Positions 38,321-48,197 of a stretch of 64,000 nt of DNA are shown here, piece after piece. Numbering within the stretch: the first letter of the stretch is position 1; the number at the start of each line of letters is the position of its first letter. The notes beneath the pieces were generated by a model that was not told the origin of the DNA, did not search any database, and saw nothing but the letters and a program-made list of their open reading frames with translations. This DNA comes from Salinispira sp. (lineage in GTDB: Bacteria > Spirochaetota > Spirochaetia > DSM-27196 > Salinispiraceae), in contig OZ271918.1 in NCBI GenBank assembly GCA_965602015.1, positions 224,001-288,000 of the forward strand, given 5' to 3'. The translations under genes and the position numbers were made by a program.

Positions 38321-39261
38321 GAGGTTTTTCACCTGTTGCCGCTGTGATTCTTTTGGCGGTTTTCCTGGGGCTGGCGTCGGTACCCCATGCGGCCGCTCAA
38401 GATTACAGCATATCGCGCACGGTCTTTCTCCCCTCGGTCTATTATGTGGGGGACCGGGTCGAACTCCGCCTGTCGCTGAGGAGCAGTCTCCTCAACGAAA
38501 TCCAGCTGCCCCAGGAATTGCCCCAGCCGTCCTGGGGGGTAATACACGATATACGGATAATTGACCGGGGCGACGAGAAAGATATCCGAATACTCTTCAC
38601 CAGTTATTATCCCGGAACCCGGACCCTTCCCTCGATAAACCTGGGGCCGATTCTTCTCACAGACATTTCGATATTCGTTTCTTCCATTCTGGATTCCAGT
38701 GAACAGGATTTGGTTTCCGGCAGAGATCAGCTTATTCTTCCGGGCACCCAGTTGATTATTATTCTATGGATTCTCCTCGTTTTTAGTATCCCGCTGCTTT
38801 GGCTGATGATTTTTAAATGGGGGCGAAGCTATTTTCTGCTGCTCATTCGCCGGTATCAGGCGGGGTTGCCGTATCGCCGCCTCCTACGGAATTTGCGGGA
38901 GCTGACGGAAAACGCGGGAACCATGGACGGCCGGAATTTTTACATTGCTTTGCTCGACCTGGTTAGGGAATACCTCAGCGGCCGCATACGGGTTGACGCC
39001 CGTTCGGCAACCACAAAGGAACTCGAGTCGGCTTTAAAGAAGGAAGTGGAAAATCCCGCAGACAGAAATTTTATCGTTCGGCTGTTCCACCACGGCGACC
39101 TGGTGAAATTCGCCTCACAACCGTCGACCCTCAAATCCCGGATGGATCACCTGACACAGCTTCAGGAGGTGCTCCAGCACATCGAGTCGAATCGCGGTGC
39201 TGAGGAACAGGGCCGGTCGGCGGGCTCCAGTCAGCCATCCAGAAGCAGGAGGGGAGCATGA
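38317..39261 (+). CDS. Bat-operon membrane protein
   Basis: Signal peptide, single TM, SATTKEL and DLVKFA; translationally coupled on both sides. Confidence 0.75.
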   Translation: MRGFSPVAAVILLAVFLGLASVPHAAAQDYSISRTVFLPSVYYVGDRVELRLSLRSSLLNEIQLPQELPQPSWGVIHDIRIIDRGDEKDIRILFTSYYPGTRTLPSINLGPILLTDISIFVSSILDSSEQDLVSGRDQLILPGTQLIIILWILLVFSIPLLWLMIFKWGRSYFLLLIRRYQAGLPYRRLLRNLRELTENAGTMDGRNFYIALLDLVREYLSGRIRVDARSATTKELESALKKEVENPADRNFIVRLFHHGDLVKFASQPSTLKSRMDHLTQLQEVLQHIESNRGAEEQGRSAGSSQPSRSRRGA

Positions 39262-40271
39262 GCGGTGCCCAGTGGACCCTGGATAATCCAGAATTTCTCC
39301 TCCTCCTGCCGCTATTGCTTCCCTTGGTGTTTATTCGCCATATATGGCGCCGCAGGGGCGGCAAGCTCACCTTTGCGTTCACTAATTGGCAGGGCAAGGG
39401 GTTCAGCAATCCGTTGACCTTGCCGGCCCTTGTGTATCTCGGTTCGGTCCTGCTCTCCTGGGCAGGCATCATTTTGATGATTATCGCCCTTTCCGGGCCA
39501 TCCAGGGTCAGCCGGGAGCGGGTGTTCACCTCCCGGGGTATCGATATCATGTTCGTCATTGACATATCTCCCTCAATGGCAGCCCGGGATTTTGTTGATG
39601 ACTCGCGATTGGAAAGCGCCCAGGAGACCATACTCAGGTTTATCGACCGGCGGCGCAATGATCCAATAGGTTTGACGATTTTCGGCACCCAGGCCGCCCT
39701 GAGAGTACCGCCGACCCTGGACTACGACTTTCTTAAAAACGCAGTAAACAATCTTCAGGTTCTGGAATTGGGAGAAGGAACGGCACTGGGAATGGGAATA
39801 GCCCTCGGAGCCCTTCATCTGCGCAACTCCACAGCCCGGGAGAAGGTGATGGTGCTGCTCACCGACGGTGAGAGCAACGCCGGGGAGATTCTGCCGGAAG
39901 CCTCGGCTCGTATCGCCGCCGAGGCGGGAATACGGGTGTACGTCATCGGGATAGGCAGCGACCGCGAAGTGCTGCTGGAGTTTACCGATCCCCGCAATGG
40001 CAAGCCGTACCGGGCAACCTACCGGGGATCGCTGAATGAGGGTCTGCTTCGCAGCATAGCCGGCAGCACTGGCGGTGAATACTTCACAGTTACGAATCCC
40101 GGTAGTCTCAATGGCGTTCTGCTCGCCATAGACAGTCTCGAGCGGGTCGAGACCAGGTTGAAGGTGGAGGTGCGCAAAGAGCCGGTTCACCGACGGCTTA
40201 TTCTGTTGGCCTTTATTCTGATATTTGCCGATTTTCTCATCAGGAAAATGCTGCTTCGGGAGCTGCTATGA
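39258..40271 (+). CDS. batA: BatA-like vWA domain protein
   Basis: N-terminal TMs, DISPSM MIDAS motif, GTALG, LLTDGESNAG, TGGEYF. Confidence 0.85.
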   Translation: MSGAQWTLDNPEFLLLLPLLLPLVFIRHIWRRRGGKLTFAFTNWQGKGFSNPLTLPALVYLGSVLLSWAGIILMIIALSGPSRVSRERVFTSRGIDIMFVIDISPSMAARDFVDDSRLESAQETILRFIDRRRNDPIGLTIFGTQAALRVPPTLDYDFLKNAVNNLQVLELGEGTALGMGIALGALHLRNSTAREKVMVLLTDGESNAGEILPEASARIAAEAGIRVYVIGIGSDREVLLEFTDPRNGKPYRATYRGSLNEGLLRSIAGSTGGEYFTVTNPGSLNGVLLAIDSLERVETRLKVEVRKEPVHRRLILLAFILIFADFLIRKMLLRELL

Positions 40272-41251
40272 CGATTGTATACCCTTCAATGTTATTGCTC
40301 CTGTTGGGGATTCCGCTTTTGATGCTCTTCCAGGTCAGGGAGTACCGGCTTAATCGAACGGACCTCATCAGAATCGGCGGGTACTGGGAATATGAGGAAG
40401 TCAGGACGGTCTTTTTTATCAAATGGTTTCTGTCCGCACTTCTACTGATACTCACCTATGTTTTTTTGGTTCTCAGCGCAGCGGGTTTGAGTTGGGGAGA
40501 AGAACCGGTGGAGGAAGACCGGCTCGGAATTGATATAGTCTTCGCAGTGGATGTTTCCTATTCGATGCTGGCGGAAGATATCGAACCCAGCAGGATCGGC
40601 CGGGCCCGGGAGGTGATTCGGGGCCTGAGCGAAAATTTCACCGGTGCCCGCTTCGCCCTGGTGGCATTTAAGGGGCAGGCGACCGTCCTCCTGCCGGCCA
40701 CTGAGGACGCGTATGCCCTGGAGAACTCCCTGAATTTCCTCAATACCGAGGTTATTTCTACTCCGGGGACCAATCTGGAAGACGCGCTGAGAAGCGCGCT
40801 CGGGGCGCTGCCAAGCGGATCTAACCGCAACCGGGTCATAATTCTGTTCAGCGATGGGGAACAGCTTGGCGGGGACGTAACCGAACCGGCGCTTCAGGCG
40901 GGACGCCAGGGCATACCGGTGTATACCTACGGTTTGGGAAGCGGCGAAGGCGCGACCATTCCTCTGGGAGACGGTAATGTGCTGCGGGACAGTCAGGGCG
41001 CGCCGGTGGTCAGCAGACTGGACAGCCGCGCGCTTGAAGAAATCGCCCGCCTGAGTCGAGGGCAGTATTTCGAGGCGGCGATGGGTTTCGGAAGCCTGGA
41101 CGGGGCCATCAGGGATCTCATTGAAAACCGGGTCCGCGACGGCTTCCGCCTTATAAGCATATCGCGTTACCGGCTTTTTCTGGCCCTGGCCCTTATAAGC
41201 TATACCGCCTACCTCATCGTGCGATCCTTAAAATTCAGGGGGTTGTTTTGA
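40268..41251 (+). CDS. batB: BatB-like vWA domain protein
   Basis: DVSYSMLAEDIEPSRI, PGTNL, FSDGE, G...VVSRLD. Confidence 0.85.
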   Translation: MTIVYPSMLLLLLGIPLLMLFQVREYRLNRTDLIRIGGYWEYEEVRTVFFIKWFLSALLLILTYVFLVLSAAGLSWGEEPVEEDRLGIDIVFAVDVSYSMLAEDIEPSRIGRAREVIRGLSENFTGARFALVAFKGQATVLLPATEDAYALENSLNFLNTEVISTPGTNLEDALRSALGALPSGSNRNRVIILFSDGEQLGGDVTEPALQAGRQGIPVYTYGLGSGEGATIPLGDGNVLRDSQGAPVVSRLDSRALEEIARLSRGQYFEAAMGFGSLDGAIRDLIENRVRDGFRLISISRYRLFLALALISYTAYLIVRSLKFRGLF

Positions 41252-41874
41252 GCAATTATTTTTCCCGCAGCCGACGCATTCAGATACTGACCGGGCTGCT
41301 TTTCGCCGTAATCCCGCTGCTCATCGCTACGGGCTGCGGTATCGGCGGACCCCATCTGCCGGTTCTCAGCGGCAATTACGCCTTCGGGCGAGGAGACTAT
41401 CAGGAATCAACCGTTCGCTATCTGGAAGCCCTGGAACAGGAGGAGTACACACCCTGGGTGCGCTACAACCTCGCCAATGTATACCATTCTCTCGGAGAGT
41501 TCGATGCAGCCTTTGAGCTGTGGGATCAGGCCCTTGAGACCGATGACGTCTCCCTTCTGTCGGCGGTTTTTTTTAACCGGGGCATTTTGCTTTACGAGCA
41601 GGGCAAGTATGAAGAGGCCTTTGAAAGCTTTAAAACCTCGCTCAGCTATGAACCTAACGATGTAGGCGCAAAACTCAATCTCGAGCTGACTCTTTTGAAG
41701 CTGCAGGGCAACCGGACCGGCGGGGGACAACTGAGAAGTGTGGAAAATGATTCAGGAGAAGAAGAGCTCTCGGCGGACAGTATTCGCATGTTCGAGTACA
41801 TCCGGCGCAGAGAAGAGCAGACATGGATGCAGGGAAGCCGGCCGCCGGACTCCCCGGCGCCCAATGATTGGTAG
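41248..41874 (+). CDS. BatC-like TPR protein
   Basis: GN..F..GDY, YNLAN, FNRG, AK.NLEL, C-terminal DW. Confidence 0.78.
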   Translation: MSNYFSRSRRIQILTGLLFAVIPLLIATGCGIGGPHLPVLSGNYAFGRGDYQESTVRYLEALEQEEYTPWVRYNLANVYHSLGEFDAAFELWDQALETDDVSLLSAVFFNRGILLYEQGKYEEAFESFKTSLSYEPNDVGAKLNLELTLLKLQGNRTGGGQLRSVENDSGEEELSADSIRMFEYIRRREEQTWMQGSRPPDSPAPNDW

Positions 41875-41884
41875 GAGGCAGCGT

Positions 41885-43900
41885 ATGACCGGTTTTTTTC
41901 GACGGGCGATAGGGATTTTCTGCCTCCTTTTTCCCTTCACCGTAACGGCGCAAAGCGCCGATAACATCCGCCTCTTCCTCCAAAACGAGCCCGTAGTCGA
42001 AGGCGAACTGTTCGCTATTTTCGTCGAAATGCCCCGGGAATACATAAGCGGGCTACGGGTTACCCAGCCTCCGAACAGCGATCGCATGCGTTTCTGGGGC
42101 GGAGAGTTTATATACAGCAGCAGTGAGTACGAGATCCCCGAGGATTATTTCCTGATTCGCTACCGCTATATGCCCGACGTGGCCGGGTTCACTTTGTTTC
42201 CCGGGCTCACCCTGACCTGGCCAGAAGCCCGCATCGAAAGCGGTCCCCTCCTGGTTCCGGTCCGTACCGATGGAGATATCATCCCTCCGGAACTGGAGTG
42301 GAATATTCCTGAGGGCCCGGTTTACGAAGGACAGACAGTCTACATTTCCCTGGATATGCACCGGGCGAAGGAAATATTGTTTCCCGATACCCTGAGCATC
42401 GAGACCCCCAGGGATGCCATTCTCGAGGAGGTCACCGGGCTGGGAGCCCTGATCGAGTATGAGTTCGCCGGGGAGATGTTTAACCGAATTCCCCTGGCTA
42501 CCTTCCTGTACACACCTCTCCGCAGCGGAAACCTGTCCATTCCGTCGGCCAGGGTCATCTTTGGCGGGTATGAGCGGGTCGTATCCCGGGAGTCCCTGCC
42601 GGTTCGGGCCCTCAGCGAACCTCAGCGGCTTCAGAACGGGGCGGTAGGCGATTTTACCCTGAGTACTTCAGAAACCCCGAGGAACATGCGAATGGGCGAA
42701 GAGCTGGTATTCGTGCTCAGCATAGCAGGGCGGGGCAGTCTCGGCGTGCTCCAGCTTCCCGACATTGAAGTTCTCAACGGGACCATAGAAGGTCGGGATC
42801 AAAGTGAAAACTACAGCCCGACGGAAGAAGGCTATGCCGGCAGCCAGAGCCGAAGTTACCGGATTCGGCCGGATGAGGTGGGAACCATGCAAATCCGGGT
42901 ACCGGAGTTTACATGGTTCGATCCTTCGGCCGGTGAGATCCGCAGTCAAAGTCCGCGGAACTTCTCTATCCGCATCGATCAGCGGGAAGGCGATGGCGAG
43001 AGGGCGCCAAGGTTCTCCGAGCTCAAGTATGATGCGCCGACGGGCATCGCAGCGATATTTCCCCTGTATCTTTCAAACTCGTTTACCGGAATGGTATTTA
43101 TCGTTCTCATTCCTCTCAGCATGCTTCTCTATGTTCTGCTCAAGCGGAAGAGCGGATTTGCGGTGCGCATGGGGATGACGGTGTTTATTCTTATATCGCT
43201 GGGACTCTTAACACTGATTGGTCTCAACCTCTACGATTTCGACCGCCTTGAAAGCCAACGGCAGGATTTTGTAGAGCGGGCTGTTGAATCAGCCCAGGTT
43301 CATCACCTTACCCGCGGGAGGCTGCTTGCTGAGATGCGGCCCTGGGACAACCGCCTGTTGTTTCATCTTGCGCAAATCGAATATCTGGCGGGAAATACTT
43401 CGCGAAGCCTGGTGCTTGTCAGACGGGCTGTGGGCAATTCTCCCATGGCTGCGTCCCTGAGGAATGCTCTTGAGCTGCTCGAGGGGGAAATGGAGCTTAC
43501 CCGTCAATTTGGTATTCCCCGAATTCTTCACGATGACTGGGCCTTCCTGCTGCTGTGGGCCTGCCTGATTACTTCGGGATTCGCCCTATTGCGCCGTGAT
43601 TTCCGGCCACGGTGGAACGCCTCAATGGTGATCGCCATGGTGGTAATGACGGTCACCGTGATAAGCGCCGTAACCATGGGCGTAATGTTTCGTCAGAACA
43701 TAAGCGATCAGACTCCGGTAATCCGTGAAGGAGGGGTCATGGTGAAAAAGATTCCCGACGCCGACGCGGAGAACTGGATCTTCCTGCCCGAGGGTACCAC
43801 CGTGCAAACCAAGGTCGAGAACAGCGGCTATGTCCAGATAGAAACCGCCTACGGCATCGTTGCGTGGATACCCGTCGATGGAGTGTATATCAGTGACTGA
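41885..43900 (+). CDS. BatD-like protein fused to a BatE-like TPR/SH3 C-terminus
   Basis: AGGAGG before ATG 41885; GAVGDF, F.WFDP; C-terminal LPEGT.V...WIP SH3-like region. Confidence 0.72.
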   Translation: MTGFFRRAIGIFCLLFPFTVTAQSADNIRLFLQNEPVVEGELFAIFVEMPREYISGLRVTQPPNSDRMRFWGGEFIYSSSEYEIPEDYFLIRYRYMPDVAGFTLFPGLTLTWPEARIESGPLLVPVRTDGDIIPPELEWNIPEGPVYEGQTVYISLDMHRAKEILFPDTLSIETPRDAILEEVTGLGALIEYEFAGEMFNRIPLATFLYTPLRSGNLSIPSARVIFGGYERVVSRESLPVRALSEPQRLQNGAVGDFTLSTSETPRNMRMGEELVFVLSIAGRGSLGVLQLPDIEVLNGTIEGRDQSENYSPTEEGYAGSQSRSYRIRPDEVGTMQIRVPEFTWFDPSAGEIRSQSPRNFSIRIDQREGDGERAPRFSELKYDAPTGIAAIFPLYLSNSFTGMVFIVLIPLSMLLYVLLKRKSGFAVRMGMTVFILISLGLLTLIGLNLYDFDRLESQRQDFVERAVESAQVHHLTRGRLLAEMRPWDNRLLFHLAQIEYLAGNTSRSLVLVRRAVGNSPMAASLRNALELLEGEMELTRQFGIPRILHDDWAFLLLWACLITSGFALLRRDFRPRWNASMVIAMVVMTVTVISAVTMGVMFRQNISDQTPVIREGGVMVKKIPDADAENWIFLPEGTTVQTKVENSGYVQIETAYGIVAWIPVDGVYISD

Positions 43901-44330
43901 CTTCGGTAAAATTCTGGAGGAGTGGGACGGCATGAGAACCCGGCATGATTTTGCATCAATGCTGGACAGCTACCCCCCGGAGAGCGGCGATCACCCTGAA
44001 TCATCCGCCGATAATACCGGCAGTTCGCGGTCTTCAGATGAGCTTCACCGGGGTCATCCGAGAAACTGGCCCGTAGACCGCCGAATAGATCTTCACGGCA
44101 TGACCGTGCAGCAGGCTTCCGTAAGCCTTGAGAATGCCCTCAACGAGGCGGTGCGGACCAATCAGCGCAAACTGTTGATTATTCACGGTAAGGGTCTTCA
44201 CAGCCGCGGTGAGCCGGTTCTCAAAAAGCGCGTAATGGAAATCCTCGATGCCCACCCCCGTGCTGGAATGCGCGGGCAGGCGCCGCGAAGTGAGGGCGGG
44301 AGCGGTGCTCTGTGGGTAGCGATTAAATGA
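43893..44330 (+). CDS. Smr/MutS2 C-terminal domain protein
   Basis: IDLHGMT, IIHGKG.HS, GGSGA. Confidence 0.9.
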   Translation: MTDFGKILEEWDGMRTRHDFASMLDSYPPESGDHPESSADNTGSSRSSDELHRGHPRNWPVDRRIDLHGMTVQQASVSLENALNEAVRTNQRKLLIIHGKGLHSRGEPVLKKRVMEILDAHPRAGMRGQAPRSEGGSGALWVAIK

Positions 44331-44376
44331 TGGTAAGTAAGATGATTGCTGCGCGATCTATGAGCCGACCGGGATC

Positions 44377-44595
44377 TTATCGTTCCCGGTAGATAATTCT
44401 TCCTCTTGTGAGGTCATAGGGTGAGAGGGCAACTTTGACCCGGTCCCCGGGAACAATACGGATATAGTGTTTCCGCATTTTTCCAGACAGATGGGTGAGG
44501 ATAACATGTCCGTTTTTTAATTCCACCCTGAACATGGTGTTCGGTAATGCTTCTTTGACTATACCTTCTACTTCAATAGCTTCTTCTTTCGCCAC
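44377..44595 (-). CDS. infA: Translation initiation factor IF-1
   Basis: [10 protein letters not shown]...[10 protein letters not shown]...SGKMR...[13 protein letters not shown]. Confidence 0.98.
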   Translation of the reverse strand: MAKEEAIEVEGIVKEALPNTMFRVELKNGHVILTHLSGKMRKHYIRIVPGDRVKVALSPYDLTRGRIIYRER

Positions 44596-44655
44596 AAAAT
44601 CTCCATATGGGAATGTATATAGGGTTCTCTGTTAGAGGACTCCAGAAATCGCCTA

Positions 44656-44684
44656 ATAATAAAAAAATCAATTTTTTTTGTCAA
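44656..44684 (-). promoter_or_regulatory. Sigma70-type promoter of infA
   Basis: TTGACA-N17-TATTAT on the minus strand. Confidence 0.7.
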
Positions 44685-44759
44685 CTTGTTGACTTTTATA
44701 TCTGATTAGGGCATTTTACCGACAATTTTCCGCGGATGCTCCGGAATTAGGAGTTCGTA

Positions 44760-45116
44760 ATGGACAGAGATTTCGTCGAACGGATGAAAGAAAAACTGCT
44801 TCAGATGAAGGCTGAAATTATTCAGAACCTCATCCACGAAGACGAGGATTTTCTTGAACTGGCTTCGTCAAACGACAAAAAAGACCTGGTGGATGCCGCC
44901 AGCAGCGATATTGATAAAAAACTTCTGAGCACGTTGTCGGCTCAGGAGGTGAAGCGCCTCAACCTCATCGAGGCTGCGCTCTCCCGAATTGAAAACGGCA
45001 AGTACGGGTACTGTCTGAAAACCGGCAAACCCATTCCAGCCGAGCGCCTCGAAGCCATCCCCTACGCCCTGTATACCATTGAGTATCAGAATGAGATAGA
45101 GCGGAGGAACAGATAG
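44760..45116 (+). CDS. dksA: TraR/DksA-family transcription factor, one-cysteine variant
   Basis: DxxDxA tip (DLVDAA), ALSRIENGKYGYC, RLEAIP. Confidence 0.82.
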   Translation: MDRDFVERMKEKLLQMKAEIIQNLIHEDEDFLELASSNDKKDLVDAASSDIDKKLLSTLSAQEVKRLNLIEAALSRIENGKYGYCLKTGKPIPAERLEAIPYALYTIEYQNEIERRNR

Positions 45117-45204
45117 CCGCCCGCTAAACTCCTCTTATTTCTTCAGCTGCATGTGCCGAAAATATTAATGGAAAGACATAAAAAGTCTGTTCCGATATTT
45201 TCCC

Positions 45205-45669
45205 GTGAAGCCGGAGGAGTTTATGAGCGCCGCCGTCCAGGCACTTCCCAGCGCGGGCAGTTTTCAAAGGCTGCCTTCAACCGCAATCCCCCTGAATCAA
45301 ATGCTGAGGCCTCAGTATGTAGGCGGCAAGGTGGGGGTGTCGGTCAGGGATTTTTCGGTTTACACCCACTTCAAGCACATTACCGCCATGCCTTCGGCCG
45401 ACGGAGCCGGATACTCGGCATCCCGGCTGCGAATGCTCGACACGCTTATAGACAGACTCGTCAAACTCAAAGAAAATTCCATTGATGAGGACCAAAGTAC
45501 AAATCTCGGCGGCATGGACTCCCAGGCCATCGATGCTCTCATCGACGAATATGCCCGCCGTTACCAGCAGCTGGAAGCTCAAAGTTCACAGGGACTTAGC
45601 CGTGACCAAGGCGCCGATTTTGGCATCAGCGAAGGCAACAACGCCATGTTTCTGAACATTTTCGCATGA
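45205..45669 (+). CDS. Hypothetical protein
   Basis: 154-aa ORF (YTHFKHI, RLRMLDTLIDRL); probable start is the ATG after GGAGGAG. Confidence 0.65.
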   Translation: MKPEEFMSAAVQALPSAGSFQRLPSTAIPLNQMLRPQYVGGKVGVSVRDFSVYTHFKHITAMPSADGAGYSASRLRMLDTLIDRLVKLKENSIDEDQSTNLGGMDSQAIDALIDEYARRYQQLEAQSSQGLSRDQGADFGISEGNNAMFLNIFA

Positions 45670-45723
45670 ACCGAGATTCAGTGAAGTGCGGGATTGATTC
45701 CTGCCGGTTTTGTTTTCCGGTGG

Positions 45724-46407
45724 CTATATCATTCCGTGATCGGTTTTGAAGCTGTCTTCCCTGGTTTCCCTTTCAATGGTGGAAAGCGGACCGTGTCCCG
45801 GGTAAATGACGGTTTGCGGAGCGAGGCTGAACACTTTTTTTTCCAATAATTTCAGCATCTTATCCCCGTCGCCGCCTTGAATGTCGGTGCGCCCGAGTCC
45901 GTCGAAAAACAGCGAATCACCGGTAAACAGGGCATTGGTAGTCTCGGAAAAAAAGCACACGCTCCCGGGAGTGTGGCCGGGAATGTGAATTACCTGCAAG
46001 TCGCTTTCCGGAAGGGTGTCGCCTTCCTTGAAGTAGAAATCCGGCTTCGGCCTGGGTCCGAACATGTCCTGGAAAACCTCGTCGGCTTCCTTGTTTTCCG
46101 GCGGGAGAAACGAGCGGTTCACATCCGCTGCGTCCTCTTTGAGGTACTCCGCGTCTTTGCGGTGTATTCCAACGGTAATCTCGCAGCCCTTTTCTCTGTA
46201 ATGCTCGATTATTGCGGCAGCGCCGGCGGTGTGGTCGATATGACCATGGGTAAAAACAATGGTATGAGGGGTCATGTTGACCCGCTCCATACTCTGCCAG
46301 ATAGTTTTTGCATCCACGCCGGGGTCGATGAGGATGCAGGATTTTCTTCCCGTTGCGAAGATATATGTATTAGTATGAAGAGGGCCCGTTATAATTCGTT
46401 CTACCAT
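45724..46407 (-). CDS. MBL-fold metallo-hydrolase (glyoxalase II-like)
   Basis: IDPG, THGHIDH, PGHTPGS, TGDSLF, GRTD, PGHG. Confidence 0.92.
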   Translation of the reverse strand: MVERIITGPLHTNTYIFATGRKSCILIDPGVDAKTIWQSMERVNMTPHTIVFTHGHIDHTAGAAAIIEHYREKGCEITVGIHRKDAEYLKEDAADVNRSFLPPENKEADEVFQDMFGPRPKPDFYFKEGDTLPESDLQVIHIPGHTPGSVCFFSETTNALFTGDSLFFDGLGRTDIQGGDGDKMLKLLEKKVFSLAPQTVIYPGHGPLSTIERETREDSFKTDHGMI

Positions 46408-46445
46408 TATCGATTAGGATAATCACAAAGCAGAATTGAGGCAAG

Positions 46446-47600
46446 TTGATAATGTTTCCCCTGGTCCCGGCCATTGCCGCCGCGGTTCTTTTTTACATAA
46501 TACTCCCCACACTCGGAGCCTTTATTGCCCGGCGCCGCTGGCGTTCGTTTCGGCAACGGATAGTCGATTCTTCCTACCTTCCCCTGTATCCTCAAAGGAT
46601 AGGTCGCAAAACTCCCGGGGACACCCCACAGCCGGCGTCCGGGGAACCGGAAGCTTCATACCGGTTTTTCGGGATTCTCGAAGCTGTCGAGGACAGCGAC
46701 ATAATCTGGCTGAGCGACGGAACTCACCGGATACGGGTTGACCTCTCCTCATCGGAGATCTATATCCTTCCGGGCCATAAACTCACCGATCCCAACCCCT
46801 CGGCGGACCACAGCCCCCGCATTACCCGGTGGAAAAACCTGGGGAGCCTTCCGGAGGGAACGGAATTTTTCGTCACCGGAGAAATGAAACGGGACACCCT
46901 GGTGCCGATGTTCGTTAAATCCGAAAAACAGGAGCTTCTGGTGGTCATCCATGATATGCCCCGGGAGCAGTTTCTCGCCCGGGCCATACAGACCGGCCGT
47001 CAGCGCAATGAATTCTGGAATGAACTCACTCCGTTTTCCTTTCTCTCAGGGCTAATGGCCGAGCTGATCCTTATACTGTCCCTGCTGCAGGCTAATCCTG
47101 GAAGCCTGCTGCTGCTGGCTCTTGTTCCCCTGGCGCTGATCCCGGTAATGATCCTCGCACCGCCGGGGATATTTTTATATTTCCTGTACCGGAGTGCCTG
47201 GAAAAAAGCCCGGAAGTATCGGGAGGAGCGGGACCTTCTGCGTCTGCCGCTGCGTTACCGCCGAGGAGAGGCGGCGCAGGGAGATCTTCCCGACGGCGGC
47301 AGCTACACACTCAGGCTTGAGGAGGGGCTGCCGGAAGATCTGAGAAATGACGGGGAAATGCGGATCAGACATGCCATGGCGGTTGATCCGACGGAAAGTT
47401 TAGTCTGGTATTTTTCAAGTCCTGACAGCAGCGACCCATTCGCGGAGCGGATATACATCAAGGGCGATCCCTCGGAGCTGGCGCGGGAAAGTCAGAAACG
47501 GGCGGTGCAACTGGAGTATATGAGCGTTCTGTACTTTTCCGCCGGCCTGTTGATCAACGGGTTGCTGCTTTTTGCGTTGCTGCTGATGTGGTGGTTCTGA
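46446..47600 (+). CDS. Hypothetical membrane protein
   Basis: 384-aa ORF with several TM segments; GRQRNEFWN motif. Confidence 0.65.
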   Translation: MIMFPLVPAIAAAVLFYIILPTLGAFIARRRWRSFRQRIVDSSYLPLYPQRIGRKTPGDTPQPASGEPEASYRFFGILEAVEDSDIIWLSDGTHRIRVDLSSSEIYILPGHKLTDPNPSADHSPRITRWKNLGSLPEGTEFFVTGEMKRDTLVPMFVKSEKQELLVVIHDMPREQFLARAIQTGRQRNEFWNELTPFSFLSGLMAELILILSLLQANPGSLLLLALVPLALIPVMILAPPGIFLYFLYRSAWKKARKYREERDLLRLPLRYRRGEAAQGDLPDGGSYTLRLEEGLPEDLRNDGEMRIRHAMAVDPTESLVWYFSSPDSSDPFAERIYIKGDPSELARESQKRAVQLEYMSVLYFSAGLLINGLLLFALLLMWWF

Positions 47601-47614
47601 TGTGGTGGTTCTGA
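47583..47614. repeat. 14-bp perfect tandem duplication spanning a stop codon
   Basis: ctgatgtggtggtt twice, followed by ctga. Confidence 0.85.
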
Positions 47615-47641
47615 GTGCGATTGGTATCATTTTGACATGGT

Positions 47642-47672
47642 AAAAAAAATCCCGCCACCGGGGCGGGATTTT
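47642..47672. terminator. Bidirectional rho-independent terminator
   Basis: A8-tcccgcc-loop-ggcggga-T4 between convergent genes. Confidence 0.85.
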
Positions 47673-47687
47673 ACGTGTACAGCAGTA

Positions 47688-48197
47688 TCAGTTCTTTTTC
47701 TTTGCGTAGTTTACGTTCAAACTCCGGCCCCGATAGTCAGTGCCGTTCAATGTTTCGATTACCTCATTGGCCTTATCGATATTGATATCCGCAAATGAGT
47801 AATTATCCAATATTTTAATGTTTCCGATGTCTTCCCGGGCAAGGCCGGTGTTATCTAAAATGAGCCCGACAAGATCCCTGGGGTAAACCCGGCGGGTACG
47901 GCCAATGCCGATAAACACAGAGGTCATGTTATCATTTGATTTGTCGCCGGACCGGTCGTTGGATCTGTTATTTGATGGCTGAGGTTTTCGGCGACGGGTC
48001 GGACGGCCGCCTTCCTTGAAATATTTCAGCATGTAAGCGGCAGCATAGCCGCGCTTAAAAACCGAAACGTACTTTTTGAATAGTCTGCGGTACTCATCAA
48101 GTTCGGCGGGATCCTCGTTCTCATGAATACCGCTGAGTATAGAATCGAGCTGATCCTGGACTTGCTCTTCGTCGATTTGATAATTGTCTTTCGCCAT
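47688..48197 (-). CDS. Stand-alone DbpA RNA-binding-domain protein
   Basis: SVFIGIGR...PRDLVG...IGNIKILDNYSF..I...LNGTDYRGR; AGGAG before ATG 48197; no helicase domain. Confidence 0.85.
   Translation of the reverse strand: MAKDNYQIDEEQVQDQLDSILSGIHENEDPAELDEYRRLFKKYVSVFKRGYAAAYMLKYFKEGGRPTRRRKPQPSNNRSNDRSGDKSNDNMTSVFIGIGRTRRVYPRDLVGLILDNTGLAREDIGNIKILDNYSFADINIDKANEVIETLNGTDYRGRSLNVNYAKKKN

Noticed and set aside
47583..47614. 14-bp duplication as a gene-truncating mutation
   Set aside because: The stop codon falls at the same place with or without the duplication.
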